A stretch of 64,000 bases of DNA from an uncultured delta proteobacterium (GCA_963772835.1 CAVYYZ010000011.1:64001-128000); one strand, 5' to 3'; counted from the stretch's first letter, positions 30,503-40,863 are shown. The notes: generated from the letters alone by a model not told the origin. Translations and numbers: made by a program.

Positions 30503-31054
30503 TCAGCTGTCAATCGTGATTTTCTGGCTCATTCCCAGAATGTAATAGAAAAGCATCCCGATTAAGGGAATGAACATAACAACGAACAACCAGCCTGCTT
30601 TGGTCGCGGCTGTAATGAAACGGCTTCTCACTATATCCGCAATGGTTACTATCCATATTACGGTCAGGAAAAGCGCTATGAGCATCCATGCAACTATCAG
30701 ACTTGCAAAGGATGGATGATTATCGTTGTTGACTCCGGTGTTTTCAGGAGGTGTCGTGATGTCCTGCTGCTGTCTGAGCGCTGCCGCCTCACTCCTCTGC
30801 TGATCAAGATACGCCTTGTAGACTGCAGACTGACGTATATGAGTTTTCTCCGCTCTCTTTTGCTCCGGTATTCCGGCTGCTGCCCGTGGGGGCGTGTTTT
30901 CACCCGGTGCACCGCTCTCGTTTCCCCGTTCAACAGGCAGAGAGGAGGGGGAGTCCGAGAAGTTCACCCCGTTTGCATCTTCCCATGTATAAATTTCAGC
31001 AGATGCAATCGAAGAAAAATGAAATAGAATGTATACGATGATGAGTAGCTTCAC
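30503..31054 (-). CDS. DUF4124 domain plus C-terminal PLDc_N-like membrane hairpin protein
   Basis: AEIYTWEDANGVNFSDSP; K.GWLFVVMFIPLIG..FYY. Confidence 0.75.
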   Translation of the reverse strand: MKLLIIVYILFHFSSIASAEIYTWEDANGVNFSDSPSSLPVERGNESGAPGENTPPRAAAGIPEQKRAEKTHIRQSAVYKAYLDQQRSEAAALRQQQDITTPPENTGVNNDNHPSFASLIVAWMLIALFLTVIWIVTIADIVRSRFITAATKAGWLFVVMFIPLIGMLFYYILGMSQKITIDS

Positions 31055-31115
31055 TATTCTCCCCGGGCGGACACTGCACATGATTTCCGGTGCGTGTTCC
31101 GCATGGAAGATACAA

Positions 31116-31132
31116 AGCAACTTGTACGCCAG
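31116..31132 (-). promoter_or_regulatory. sigma54 promoter
   Basis: Minus strand CTGGCGT-ACAAG-TTGCT; IHF-like AATCAGGCCGTTA upstream. Confidence 0.65.
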
Positions 31133-31557
31133 CGGGAACCTGGCCGTCCCGAATATGTAACGGCCTGATTAAAAAGAGAAATAGCAGGCGATGCTGCAGT
31201 ACTGCCGGAAACCTTTCAGCTGAGATCTGTCATTTCTGACGTTACTGCCATATGTGACGGGTTGCCATGCCCCGTATCACTGCCGTGCGGAACCGTTCGT
31301 GAACGCTCCTGCAGTCCTGGGTAATGATTTCGCATCTGCGTTCCTTCCGGTAACGTTATAACCGTATATCCGCATGAAGAACCTGCTTGTCATTGGACGT
31401 ATCAGGTGTATATTTTAAAAGGATGCGATCCGGTGTGACGGGTCTCACACCACATTTCATCCCTTTGTCCGGAACGCTTCCCCAAGGCAGCACCCATCAT
31501 CACCTCCGGTCATATTCACCCATTAAATTGAAACCGTATCTCAATTCAGGAGGAATA

Positions 31558-32193
31558 ATGAAAGTTATCGCGTTTAACGGCAGTCCCAACAAGGAAGGGA
31601 ACACCTGGCATGCTATCAGCATGGTTGCTGCCGAGCTGGAAAAAGAGAATATTGAAACAGAGATCGTGCATGTCGGCAATAAAACTATACGAGGTTGTAC
31701 CGCCTGCGCCCAGTGTATTAAAAACAAGAATGAACGGTGCGTCCTTCCCGGTGATGAGGTCAATGAGTGGATCCGGAGTATGAAACAGGCGGACGGTATA
31801 ATTTTCGGATCTCCGGTTCATTATGCGGCCATGGGGGGTACCATGAAATCCTTTATGGACCGTGCTTTTTATGTCGCCGGAGTAAATAACGGTCTGCTAC
31901 GTCACAAGGTCGGCGCTGCAGTCGTTGCGGTGCGGCGTTCCGGCGGTTTGCCAACCTTCAACCAGTTGAACAACTTTATCAATTATTCCGAGATGTTGAT
32001 CCCCACATCCAATTATTGGAATGTCATACATGGCACCCGGCCGGGAGAGGCGCCGCAGGATGAAGAGGGGGTACAGATCATGCGGGTGCTCGGCAGGAAT
32101 ATGGCATGGCTGATGAAGCTGGTTGAACATGGCAAGGGTGCAGTTGCTGAGCCTGAGAGAGAAGCAAAGACCTATATGAATTTTATTCACTGA
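31558..32193 (+). CDS. Flavodoxin-like / iron-sulfur flavoprotein (NADPH-dependent FMN reductase family)
   Basis: NGSPNKEGNT, CTACAQC..C, GSPVHY, RRSGG. Confidence 0.88.
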   Translation: MKVIAFNGSPNKEGNTWHAISMVAAELEKENIETEIVHVGNKTIRGCTACAQCIKNKNERCVLPGDEVNEWIRSMKQADGIIFGSPVHYAAMGGTMKSFMDRAFYVAGVNNGLLRHKVGAAVVAVRRSGGLPTFNQLNNFINYSEMLIPTSNYWNVIHGTRPGEAPQDEEGVQIMRVLGRNMAWLMKLVEHGKGAVAEPEREAKTYMNFIH

Positions 32194-32220
32194 CAGGAAA
32201 GAGTGAAAGGGGGAAAAACA

Positions 32221-32577
32221 ATGAACGCAACGATCATTTACAAACAGGACGTTACCAGCAGTGTGCTGGACGATCTGGCCAGGGAATTGCCGGCCATTAT
32301 CGCACAGGTTATGGAGGTGCCCGGAGGGAATCTGGCGCCGCTCAAGCCGAAGCAGATTTCGCTGGAGTTTTCCCAGGCAAGCCCGCGTGATGTCGGCTCT
32401 GACATACGGATCATGGTCTTTGCCCGGGGCATCGATCAACGGACATCAACGGAAAACGGCCTGGCTCGTGAGATCCTTGAAAAGGTTGTTGCCCTGATCG
32501 CCCGCTCCGGTGTGAAATGTACCGTTGACGTCCGCCTGTACCTCATGGAGATCGGTGCGGCGGAACATGTACCGTGA
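32221..32577 (+). CDS. Hypothetical protein
   Basis: GGGGG RBS, 118-aa ORF. Confidence 0.6.
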   Translation: MNATIIYKQDVTSSVLDDLARELPAIIAQVMEVPGGNLAPLKPKQISLEFSQASPRDVGSDIRIMVFARGIDQRTSTENGLAREILEKVVALIARSGVKCTVDVRLYLMEIGAAEHVP

Positions 32578-32871
32578 CCGGCAGTCACCCGGCATAACCG
32601 GGCAATTGCGGTAACGTCACCGGTTTCGACACCCAGGGAGACGTGCTGTTCCAGTGGATTGTCGTCACTGCTTTTGTTTAATCAGCCGTTATCCGGGCCT
32701 GATGCTTTTTTTGCAGAAGCATTAGGTTGTGGTGATTCCGAAAGCGGGTTTCGTGTTTTATATGAGAGCGTGGGTCGCTCACAGCCCGAAGGAACCGTCG
32801 TTCCCTGTCTATGCGTTATAAAACCGGGAGATGCTCCGCTCTGATAATGTGTACCCTGGAGATTTGCTGAA

Positions 32872-34677
32872 ATGTCACTTACTGGCGATCTGAAACATTT
32901 TCCGATTATTGATGTCATCCAACTGCTGCACAGCTCCCGGAAAACCGGTGTATTCCGGCTTTCCAGTGAAAAAGGGGAGAGCCAGCTGGTGTTTCATGAT
33001 GGAGATCTGGTCAGCGCCAACTTCCTCAATAACCGGGTGCGCATCGGCCAGGTGCTGGTGAGCGCGGGAGCCATAACGGAAGATCAGCTTGCCCGGGCGC
33101 TGGAAATTCAGAAAGATGCCGGAGATGATCGCAAGCCGCTTGTGATAACCCTGCTGGAACATAATATGGTTGATGAAACTGCCGCATATAACGGCATAGA
33201 ATCATTGATCGAGATGACGATTGTCGAGGTGCTGACCTGGGCTGAGGGACACTTCTCCCTGGATATTGCCGGCAGCGAGACAGCTGACGAGTATCATTTT
33301 TCCAGAATGAAATTTCCGCAGAGAATCCTGCTCAATGCCCAGGGGATTCTGATGGAATCGTTGCGTATCTATGATGAAAAGGTGCGTGACGGCACCATGG
33401 ACGAAATCCTCAGCATCGCCGGTGTCAGCAATGTGGATCTTGATGCGGAACAGCACGGGAGCGGCACGCCTGCCATGAGTGTCGGCGGGTCCGGGCGGGA
33501 CAACGGCCCGTCACTGCTCCTGAACATGCTTGCCGAACAACGCGCCATGGTCCGGCGCAGCGGCGACCAGAGCTACCGCGAGGTGGATACGCTCAAAAAG
33601 CTGATTGTTGACGAGTTTCCTGCTGCGTCGAAAGAGCAGATGCGTCATCTGCTCACGCTGCTGGCGGCTCCTGCCCCTGAGGATGGCACCGCGACCGTAC
33701 CCTCCGGTATTGCGGTGGTGGTTATTACAGAGTCGACGCTGCTGTCGACCATGGTCAGATCCATATGTTATCAGGAGGCTGTCTACGCGGTTTCGACGGA
33801 TAACATCGCCACGCTTGACATCAATATCAGGTTGCTGTTGTGCCAGACACTGCATCTGGTTATTTTTCTTGATGTCCCGCATGATACAGCCCCCCGGGAT
33901 ACGCTGCAGATCTGCCGGGACCTGCAGAGATACTCTCAGGCATCTGTTGTCCTTTTGACCTGCCCCCGTATGTGGGACGCGCTGGGACTGCAGGCACTCG
34001 GCCTGGGGATACGTTCCATTATTCCAAGACCCTGCAGGGAATGCGCCGGTGAATCAACCGTGAAGAAGGCTGCGGCGTTCTGTGCGGGGCTGGGCGGTTT
34101 TCTCAAAACCCTGTCTTTGGATTACAGCAGCAGCGATGACCAGCGCTTTTTTACCTGCATCTCCCGACTGCGCAGCTGCACGAGCCGCCCGGAGATAACG
34201 GATGCGATCCTTACGTACCTGATAGAAGTGTTTGAACGTGCCGTTGTCTTTTTGGTGACCGATACCGATCTGACCGCGGAACAGTCGTTCGGGATCAGAG
34301 GAGCGAAAGATGAAGGAGTGGCGCCGCTTTCCAACGTACATGTTCCGCTGGACGATCAGGAAATTTTTATTGATGTCATTAAAACCGGTCAGATGTATTA
34401 CGGGTTTCACAGTGATTCCACCTGGTCACATCAGCTTTACCGGGTGATCGGCCGGCCGGAAAGCCCTGAGGTCCTGCTCTTTCCGTTCATACGGGCAAAT
34501 ACGGTCACAGCCTTCATCTATGCCGATTTCGGTTCAGTTTCCGCTTCATCTCCATCTCTGTACTACCTTGAGGCACTGTTACAATACACCACCGCCCAGA
34601 TCAGCGTATCGGCATACCGGCAGAGGCTGAAAATTCTGCAGGACGCAGCCGGGAATGCAGATATCCCGGAAACCTGA
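32872..34677 (+). CDS. DUF4388-domain signalling protein
   Basis: MSLTGDL..DVIQLL..RKTG, RIGQVLV, WAEGHF; C-terminal GAF-like YADFG. Confidence 0.8.
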   Translation: MSLTGDLKHFPIIDVIQLLHSSRKTGVFRLSSEKGESQLVFHDGDLVSANFLNNRVRIGQVLVSAGAITEDQLARALEIQKDAGDDRKPLVITLLEHNMVDETAAYNGIESLIEMTIVEVLTWAEGHFSLDIAGSETADEYHFSRMKFPQRILLNAQGILMESLRIYDEKVRDGTMDEILSIAGVSNVDLDAEQHGSGTPAMSVGGSGRDNGPSLLLNMLAEQRAMVRRSGDQSYREVDTLKKLIVDEFPAASKEQMRHLLTLLAAPAPEDGTATVPSGIAVVVITESTLLSTMVRSICYQEAVYAVSTDNIATLDINIRLLLCQTLHLVIFLDVPHDTAPRDTLQICRDLQRYSQASVVLLTCPRMWDALGLQALGLGIRSIIPRPCRECAGESTVKKAAAFCAGLGGFLKTLSLDYSSSDDQRFFTCISRLRSCTSRPEITDAILTYLIEVFERAVVFLVTDTDLTAEQSFGIRGAKDEGVAPLSNVHVPLDDQEIFIDVIKTGQMYYGFHSDSTWSHQLYRVIGRPESPEVLLFPFIRANTVTAFIYADFGSVSASSPSLYYLEALLQYTTAQISVSAYRQRLKILQDAAGNADIPET

Positions 34678-34833
34678 TCATCCCCGTCAGGTGGCTCCCC
34701 CGCGCTTCCCCATGCCGGGTAATGTGATGCCGGCCACCAGGACGATCCGCACAGCTGATATCCCTCTTGGCAAAAACGGTCCGGGGGAATACTCTGTGCG
34801 TATGCACTATTATTTTCCGGAGTGAGGTGTCTT

Positions 34834-34962
34834 ATGAACACTGTACCAACTGTGGAAGTCTTTTTCGACTACATCTGCCCCCGGTGCTGCCTTGGAGGCT
34901 GTGATGATTTCGTACGTCTGATCGGTGACTCCGGTGCCATTCGGAAGGGGGCGACACAATGA
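34834..34962 (+). pseudogene. Internally deleted DsbA/FrnE-like thioredoxin-fold remnant (42 aa)
   Basis: GAGG RBS; MNTVPTVEVFFDYICPRCCL...DDFVRLIG; stop overlaps next ATG (ATGA). Confidence 0.6.
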
Positions 34963-35951
34963 CACCCGCTGCGGCTGTATCGTTTCCGGAACTGCTGGCA
35001 TCATCACCGCTTATTCTGGGTGAAGGAGCGGTCATCGAGCGCTTGCGACGCTCTGAGGGCATTCAGCTTGACGATCACGTGGTCAACTCGGCCCTGATCT
35101 ATCAGCCGGCCGGTCGATCCGCCCTCGAGAAAATCTGTCGCCAGTATCTGGAGACAGGGCGACGATACAATCTGCCGCTGCTGCTTTCCACCCCCACCTG
35201 GAGAGCCGGACGCGCGCGCATTGCGGCGGCCGGATTGGCCGAATGCGATCTGAACGGCGACAACTTCCGCTTTCTGGACGGGCTGCGCAACAGTTACGGC
35301 AGCTATGGCCGCCTGGTGGCTATTTGCGGGCTGATGAGCTGCCAAGGGGATGCCTATAAAGCGGAAGAGGCCATGAATACATCTGCCGCTGCTGAATTTC
35401 ACGCCTGGCAGGCAAACCTGCTCGCTGCCGCCGGTGTGGATTTTCTGATGGCCGCAACACTGCCGGCTCTCAGCGAAGCCATCGGTCTGGCCAAGGCCCA
35501 GGCAGCAACCGGACTGCCCTATATTGTCAGCTTTGTGGCCCGCCCCGGGGGGACATTGCTTGATGGCACATCTCTCAACGAGGCCATCGATACAATCGAT
35601 GCAGCTGTGACACCACGTCCCTGTGCATATATGATCAACTGTACCCATGCGTCGGTCTTTCGCAGCGCCATGCTGGATGAGGGGAATTCATCGCCGTTGG
35701 TCAGGGGGCGGGTGATCGGTCTTCTGGCCAACACCTCGTCTCTCACCCCGGAGGAGCTGGATGCCAGCGCCGACCTCGTAGAAGAAGCCCCGGAGAGTTT
35801 TGGCAGCAGTGTATCGGCACTTCACAGCGAACTCGGTATGAAGGTGCTGGGAGGGTGTTGCGGTACCGATGACCGGCATATCGAATGTCTGGCACGGAAA
35901 CTTTCCGAAATCAGGGATCCGGTAACCGGAACAGTGAGGGGCCATGCCTGA
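34959..35951 (+). CDS. Homocysteine S-methyltransferase family protein
   Basis: TPTWRA, GDAY, INCTH, LGGCCGT. Confidence 0.88.
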   Translation: MTPAAAVSFPELLASSPLILGEGAVIERLRRSEGIQLDDHVVNSALIYQPAGRSALEKICRQYLETGRRYNLPLLLSTPTWRAGRARIAAAGLAECDLNGDNFRFLDGLRNSYGSYGRLVAICGLMSCQGDAYKAEEAMNTSAAAEFHAWQANLLAAAGVDFLMAATLPALSEAIGLAKAQAATGLPYIVSFVARPGGTLLDGTSLNEAIDTIDAAVTPRPCAYMINCTHASVFRSAMLDEGNSSPLVRGRVIGLLANTSSLTPEELDASADLVEEAPESFGSSVSALHSELGMKVLGGCCGTDDRHIECLARKLSEIRDPVTGTVRGHA

Positions 35952-36432
35952 TCAACCATTGCTGCTCTGGCTCCTCAGCGTGCTTCTGACCGTGACCGGA
36001 CTTTCCGGGCTGCTTCTGCCGATTGTTCCGGGGGCCCCTGTTTTGTTTCTGGGGCTGCTCTTTGGAGCCTGGGCGGAGGATTTCCGGTACATAGGGATAT
36101 GGACCCTGCTTATCCTGGCGGTAATGGCCTCACTGACCTATGTGGTGGAGTTTGCCGCCTCCATTCTGGGGGTTAAAAAGTTCGGCGGATCAAGACGGGC
36201 TATGGTTGGTGCTGTCCTTGGCGGGGTTGCGGGGCTTTTTCTCGGGATTCCGGGGATTCTGATCGGGCCCTTTGCGGGTGCGGTAATAGGAGAACTGTCG
36301 TTGCAGAAAAGTCTGGATCAGGCAGGCCGGGCCGGTTTTGGCACCGTGGTCGGTCTTGCCATCGGAGTGGCAGGCAAGCTCGCCATCGGCATCGCAATGG
36401 TCGGCCTTTTTTTATTGGTCCGTTTACTTTGA
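35944..36432 (+). CDS. DUF456 family membrane protein
   Basis: PIVPG, KKFGGS, GPFAGA..GE. Confidence 0.85.
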   Translation: MPDQPLLLWLLSVLLTVTGLSGLLLPIVPGAPVLFLGLLFGAWAEDFRYIGIWTLLILAVMASLTYVVEFAASILGVKKFGGSRRAMVGAVLGGVAGLFLGIPGILIGPFAGAVIGELSLQKSLDQAGRAGFGTVVGLAIGVAGKLAIGIAMVGLFLLVRLL

Positions 36433-36543
36433 GCTGAAGCCCCCGGCGGCCGCACACCTCCTTGACATTTTCCGCCACAGTGCTAAAATACTCTTGCAGT
36501 TTAGTCTGTTACAGCATACTGCAGAGACAGAAAGGGGGTACGT

Positions 36544-36852
36544 ATGAAAGCGGTTACTGCAGTTTTACTTGCCGTGACTCTTGCTGCTGCACAGAGCTAT
36601 GGTGCCGATACCGCATGGTATAGCGGTGACGTGCGCTGTCCGCCGCCCAGGGATGACGGGACGTATTCCGCACCCTACAATGCCATGGACAATTCAAGGG
36701 AATATCCGACATTTTATGGAGCCGACAAACCCGGATGGTCATGCTCATACCAGAGAGAGGACGGAGTTATTGTCCAGTACGGAGACCACCGGACGCCGCA
36801 GGAACAGTGGCTGGCTCTGTGGGGCGGGGATGACGCCCATGAATCCAATTAA
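36544..36852 (+). CDS. Exported hypothetical protein
   Basis: GGGG RBS, signal peptide, upstream TTGACA...TAAAAT. Confidence 0.6.
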   Translation: MKAVTAVLLAVTLAAAQSYGADTAWYSGDVRCPPPRDDGTYSAPYNAMDNSREYPTFYGADKPGWSCSYQREDGVIVQYGDHRTPQEQWLALWGGDDAHESN

Positions 36853-36956
36853 TTTTAAGGCGAAACGGAATAGCGGGGTCACCCGTTGACGCCGCCTTCT
36901 CGCCACTCCCGGGCAGACTGTGTCGAAAAACGCACAGCTGCGACGGTATTCATTGA

Positions 36957-37583
36957 ATGACGCCCGTAAAATCATGCGTCTGTGTGATGCTGCTGCTCGG
37001 TGCATTGATGCTGTCAGCGGCGTGCAGCAAGCCGGTGCAGTTGCCGTTGCTGGCTGCCGATGCCACTATTCTCGCCTTTGGCGACAGCATTACCGCAGGA
37101 TACGGGGCCGGTGAAGCCGAGAGTTATCCCGCGCTGCTGTCGCTCCTGACCGGACGGAAGGTGATCAACGCCGGCATACCGGGGGAAATCTCTGCGGCCG
37201 GGGTTCTGCGGCTACCGGGACTGCTTGAGAGTTATCATCCTGCTCTGCTGATACTCTGCCATGGCGGCAATGACCTGCTGGCTCACCAGAACCATCAATT
37301 GATCGCCGACAATCTGCGCGCCATGATTCGTATGGCACGGGAGGGGGGTGTCCCGGTGCTCCTGATAGCCGTTCCTTCTCCCGATCTATCTTTAAAGCCT
37401 CCGGCACTGTATGCAGAGGTGGCGCAGGAATTTCAGATTCCTGTCGAAATGAAAGCGCTGTCGCGTATTCTCGGCAGGAGATCTCTCAAATCCGATTATA
37501 TTCATCCCAACGCTGCCGGCTACCGGATGCTTGCAGAAGCGGTGGCTGCTCAGTTGAAAAAGAGCGGGGCACTGCCCCCGTAG
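36957..37583 (+). CDS. Arylesterase (SGNH/GDSL hydrolase) lipoprotein
   Basis: FGDSIT, NAGIPG, GGND, DYIHPN; lipobox SAAC. Confidence 0.88.
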   Translation: MTPVKSCVCVMLLLGALMLSAACSKPVQLPLLAADATILAFGDSITAGYGAGEAESYPALLSLLTGRKVINAGIPGEISAAGVLRLPGLLESYHPALLILCHGGNDLLAHQNHQLIADNLRAMIRMAREGGVPVLLIAVPSPDLSLKPPALYAEVAQEFQIPVEMKALSRILGRRSLKSDYIHPNAAGYRMLAEAVAAQLKKSGALPP

Positions 37584-37697
37584 TATCGTTAAACAGTTCG
37601 CTTGCAGAAAAAAGCCGCGTATCACTGGACAAACTCCTGTATATTTGGAAGAGTACAATTGATGAATTTGAAAAACGCACGTAAAGGAGCAGTACCT

Positions 37698-38393
37698 ATG
37701 AATGAAATTAATACCGGCTACAGCCGTACTGCAGACCAGGTCGTCGTACGACAGAATACCCTGATCCGTCAGGTGTATGCCTGGATGGGTGCAGGACTGA
37801 CCATTACAGCTTGTATGGCGCTCATCACCCTTTCCACACCGGCGGTTCTTAACGCCGTACTGGGTAACAAGCTCGTGTTCTACGGCCTGGTGATCGGTGA
37901 GCTGGCGCTTGTATTCACCCTGTCCGGCGCAATCAACAAGCTGAGTGCCGCCACCGCTACGCTCATATTCATCGCCTATTCGGCACTTAACGGTGTTACC
38001 CTTTCCGTTGTGGCTCTTGTCTACACAGCCAACTCGCTAACCTCTACCTTCGTGATCACCGCCGGTATGTTCGGGGCGATGAGCATCTACGGGTACATGA
38101 CAAAACGCGATCTGACGTCATGGGGCAGTTTCCTGTTCATGGGTCTGATCGGCGTGGTGATCGCCTCGGTCGTCAATATCTTTGTGGGAAGCAGTACGGT
38201 CTCCTGGGTCATCTCCGGCATCGGTGTGATCGTCTTCACCGGACTGACCGCATACGATACCTGGAAGATCAAAGAAATGGCGGCCCGGGGAACAGAGGGG
38301 AGAAAACCGGCCATCCTCGGCGCACTGACGCTGTATCTGGACTTCATTAATCTATTTCTCATGCTGCTGCGCTTTACCGGCAACCGGCGATAA
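37698..38393 (+). CDS. Bax inhibitor-1/YccA family membrane protein
   Basis: VYAWM, YGYMTKRDL, TAYD, ALTLYLDFINLF. Confidence 0.9.
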   Translation: MNEINTGYSRTADQVVVRQNTLIRQVYAWMGAGLTITACMALITLSTPAVLNAVLGNKLVFYGLVIGELALVFTLSGAINKLSAATATLIFIAYSALNGVTLSVVALVYTANSLTSTFVITAGMFGAMSIYGYMTKRDLTSWGSFLFMGLIGVVIASVVNIFVGSSTVSWVISGIGVIVFTGLTAYDTWKIKEMAARGTEGRKPAILGALTLYLDFINLFLMLLRFTGNRR

Positions 38394-38514
38394 TCAGGGC
38401 GCCGGACGGTGCTCCGAAATATGATTTCCTGCTTTTGAATTGACGTTGCCCTTTTTCGGGTTATAGTAGGTTCGTTCAATTCATACATTTCCGATCACCG
38501 TTCCGGAGGAGAAC

Positions 38515-39288
38515 ATGCAAACAGTGTACAATATGGGATTCGGTTTTGCGCCGTTCCTTTTTATCGGGTTCGTCTGGCTTGTGAGCTGCCTCAAAGTGGT
38601 GAATGAGTACGAACGGCTGGTGGTCTTCACGCTCGGTAAGGTCAACAGGGACCCAAAGGGCCCCGGCCTCGTCTTTGTCTTCCGTCCCTTTCAGACGGCC
38701 GTTCGCATCAGTCTGCGCACCGTGGTGCTGGATGTGCCGAGCCAGGACATCATCACCCGTGATAACGTAAGTCTGAAGGTCAGTGCCGTTGTTTATTTCA
38801 AGGTGCTTGATGCCAAACAGGCCATTCTCGGCGTCGAGAACTACAACTATGCGACCAGCCAGATCGCACAGACCACACTCCGCTCCATTCTCGGCGAAGT
38901 AACTCTCGACGAACTGCTGGCGGATCGCGAGAAACTGAGCCTGAGATTGCGGGAGATCATCGATTCCTCCACTGAACCCTGGGGCATCCAGGTGTCAGCC
39001 GTCGAACTCAAGAGCGTGGACCTGCCCGAACAGATCCAGCGTGCCATGGGGAAACAGGCAGAAGCCGAGCGGGAAAAACGCGCCAAGGTTATCGCCGCCG
39101 AAGGTGAACTTCTGGCGAGCCGGCAGCTGCTGGAAGCCGCCAATACGCTCAGTCAGAACCCCGCAGCCATGCAGATGCGCTACCTGCAGACGCTTACCGA
39201 GATCGCAGTGGAAAAGAACAGCACCATTGTGTTTCCGCTCCCGATTGAGCTGATGCGGGTGTTTGACAAACTCGGAGAGAAACAATAA
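38515..39288 (+). CDS. SPFH / stomatin-like (slipin) protein
   Basis: QDIITRDNV, QTTLRS, QAEAEREKRAK, MRYLQTL. Confidence 0.9.
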   Translation: MQTVYNMGFGFAPFLFIGFVWLVSCLKVVNEYERLVVFTLGKVNRDPKGPGLVFVFRPFQTAVRISLRTVVLDVPSQDIITRDNVSLKVSAVVYFKVLDAKQAILGVENYNYATSQIAQTTLRSILGEVTLDELLADREKLSLRLREIIDSSTEPWGIQVSAVELKSVDLPEQIQRAMGKQAEAEREKRAKVIAAEGELLASRQLLEAANTLSQNPAAMQMRYLQTLTEIAVEKNSTIVFPLPIELMRVFDKLGEKQ

Positions 39289-39467
39289 GTGAACATGCAG
39301 CGCTCCACTCGTCACAATACACTGACACTGCAGACCGCTTTCGACATCGGCAGGGATCGTTTTGGGGGAGTCGAAAAATAAAAGAACCCCGATTCCAAAT
39401 AGTGGTATTTTTTCGTCAATGAGGTATAGTAATTCCGCATCAAAACCTGAATGCCAAGGGGGAAATC

Positions 39468-39575
39468 ATGAGCAAAGGTGAAGACAGCAAAAAGACGGAA
39501 AAGAAGGCACCCGCCAAAACTCCGAAAGAAAAAAAAGCGGATAAAAAAATTAAAAAAGCGGACAAGAAAAAATAG
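39468..39575 (+). CDS. 35-aa Lys-rich small protein MSKGEDSKKTEKKAPAKTPKEKKADKKIKKADKKK
   Basis: AAGGGGG RBS, ATG 39468, TAG 39573-39575; below the ORF-track cutoff. Confidence 0.7.
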   Translation: MSKGEDSKKTEKKAPAKTPKEKKADKKIKKADKKK

Positions 39576-39716
39576 TATGTCTTAACCGCTGCGGTAATGC
39601 AGAACCGTACGGTTCTGCATGGCAAAAAAAATCAATGGCTTGTGATATTCTCGCAGGCCATTGTTTTTTGGTTGTGCGGCATCGGCATGAGATTTACTGA
39701 AAGGATTGGTACGGGT

Positions 39717-40526
39717 ATGAACAGGCTGCTTGCCGGCAAAACAGATAAACTCCGCGCTATTCTGGCTGAAATGGGTGGTTGCGTGATCGGATTTTCGGGC
39801 GGAGTCGATTCGACACTGCTGTTTGCCGTTGCGGCTGAAGTGCTGGGTAATCAGGCTGTGGCGGTCACGGCTACTTCCCGTACCTATCCTGAGCGCGAGC
39901 TGAATGAAGCCCGTGCCCTGGCCGGGCTGATCGGCGGTCGTCATCTGGTGATCGTTTCCGAGGAACTGGATATCCCCGAGTTTCGCGACAATCCCCGCAA
40001 CCGCTGCTATTTCTGCAAGAAGGAGCTGTTTGGTAAACTGAAGGCAATTGCCGATCAGGAAAAGATCGGTTTTGTGCTGGACGGTACAAACAGCGATGAT
40101 GCCGGTGACCACCGTCCCGGCCGGACGGCGGCGGAAGAGCTGCAGGTTCGCAGCCCGCTGGAGGAGGCCGGATTCACCAAACAGGATATCCGCGACCTTT
40201 CCCGGACCATGAAGCTGCCGACCTGGGACAAGCCCGCCTTTGCCTGCCTTTCCAGTCGCTTCCCCTACGGCACCTCCATCACTCCGGAGCGGGTGGACCG
40301 GGTCGGTCGTGCTGAAGAATCGCTGCGGGAAGTCGGTTTCCGGACGCTGCGGGTCCGGTACCACGGGACAGTGGCCAGGATTGAACTGGGTGAAGAGGAG
40401 TTTGAACGTGCGACTGGAATGCTGCGGGATGAAGTTATCAAACGGGTGAAAGCGGCCGGTTTTACCTATGTGGCGCTCGATCTGCAGGGGTACCGGACCG
40501 GTGCCATGAACGAAGAAACGCCGTAA
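39717..40526 (+). CDS. larE: ATP-dependent sacrificial sulfur transferase LarE-like
   Basis: SGGVDS, RCYFCK, DGTN.DD..DHRPG, ACLSSRFPYG. Confidence 0.85.
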   Translation: MNRLLAGKTDKLRAILAEMGGCVIGFSGGVDSTLLFAVAAEVLGNQAVAVTATSRTYPERELNEARALAGLIGGRHLVIVSEELDIPEFRDNPRNRCYFCKKELFGKLKAIADQEKIGFVLDGTNSDDAGDHRPGRTAAEELQVRSPLEEAGFTKQDIRDLSRTMKLPTWDKPAFACLSSRFPYGTSITPERVDRVGRAEESLREVGFRTLRVRYHGTVARIELGEEEFERATGMLRDEVIKRVKAAGFTYVALDLQGYRTGAMNEETP

Positions 40527-40596
40527 TTCTGATGCTGTATTTTTCCCGTCTGATCCGGGACATGCTGACGGACACAATACACAGGGAGGTGAAGGT

Positions 40597-40863
40597 ATGA
40601 AGAGGACTCTGGTTATCACGATGCTCGTTCTTGTTGCGTCTGCAGGTTCCGCCGCGGCGGAGGATGTTATAAAAATGAAGCGAGGAGTCGAATTTCCGCA
40701 CAAGTTCCACCAGGAAACGCTCAAGGATTGCACGAAGTGCCACGGTACTGAGGCGCCGGGTAAAATTGCCGGTTTCGGCCGCGATTGGGCCCACAAAAAC
40801 TGTCGTGTCTGTCACACCGCCAGAAATCCGCGTACCGCGTGCCATGATTGCCATAAGCTGTGA
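40597..40863 (+). CDS. Periplasmic triheme cytochrome c7 (PpcA family)
   Basis: Signal peptide, FPHKFHQ, three CxxCH, GKIAGFG..WAH. Confidence 0.88.
   Translation: MKRTLVITMLVLVASAGSAAAEDVIKMKRGVEFPHKFHQETLKDCTKCHGTEAPGKIAGFGRDWAHKNCRVCHTARNPRTACHDCHKL

Noticed and set aside
34680..34830. Possible SAM, cobalamin or c-di-GMP riboswitch upstream of the homocysteine methyltransferase
   Set aside because: Hairpins are present but I could not match conserved riboswitch core motifs; an Rfam/Infernal scan would settle it
39717..40526. Nickel-pincer cofactor (lar) operon
   Set aside because: Only larE is present; larA/larB/larC are not in the window and standalone LarE homologues are common
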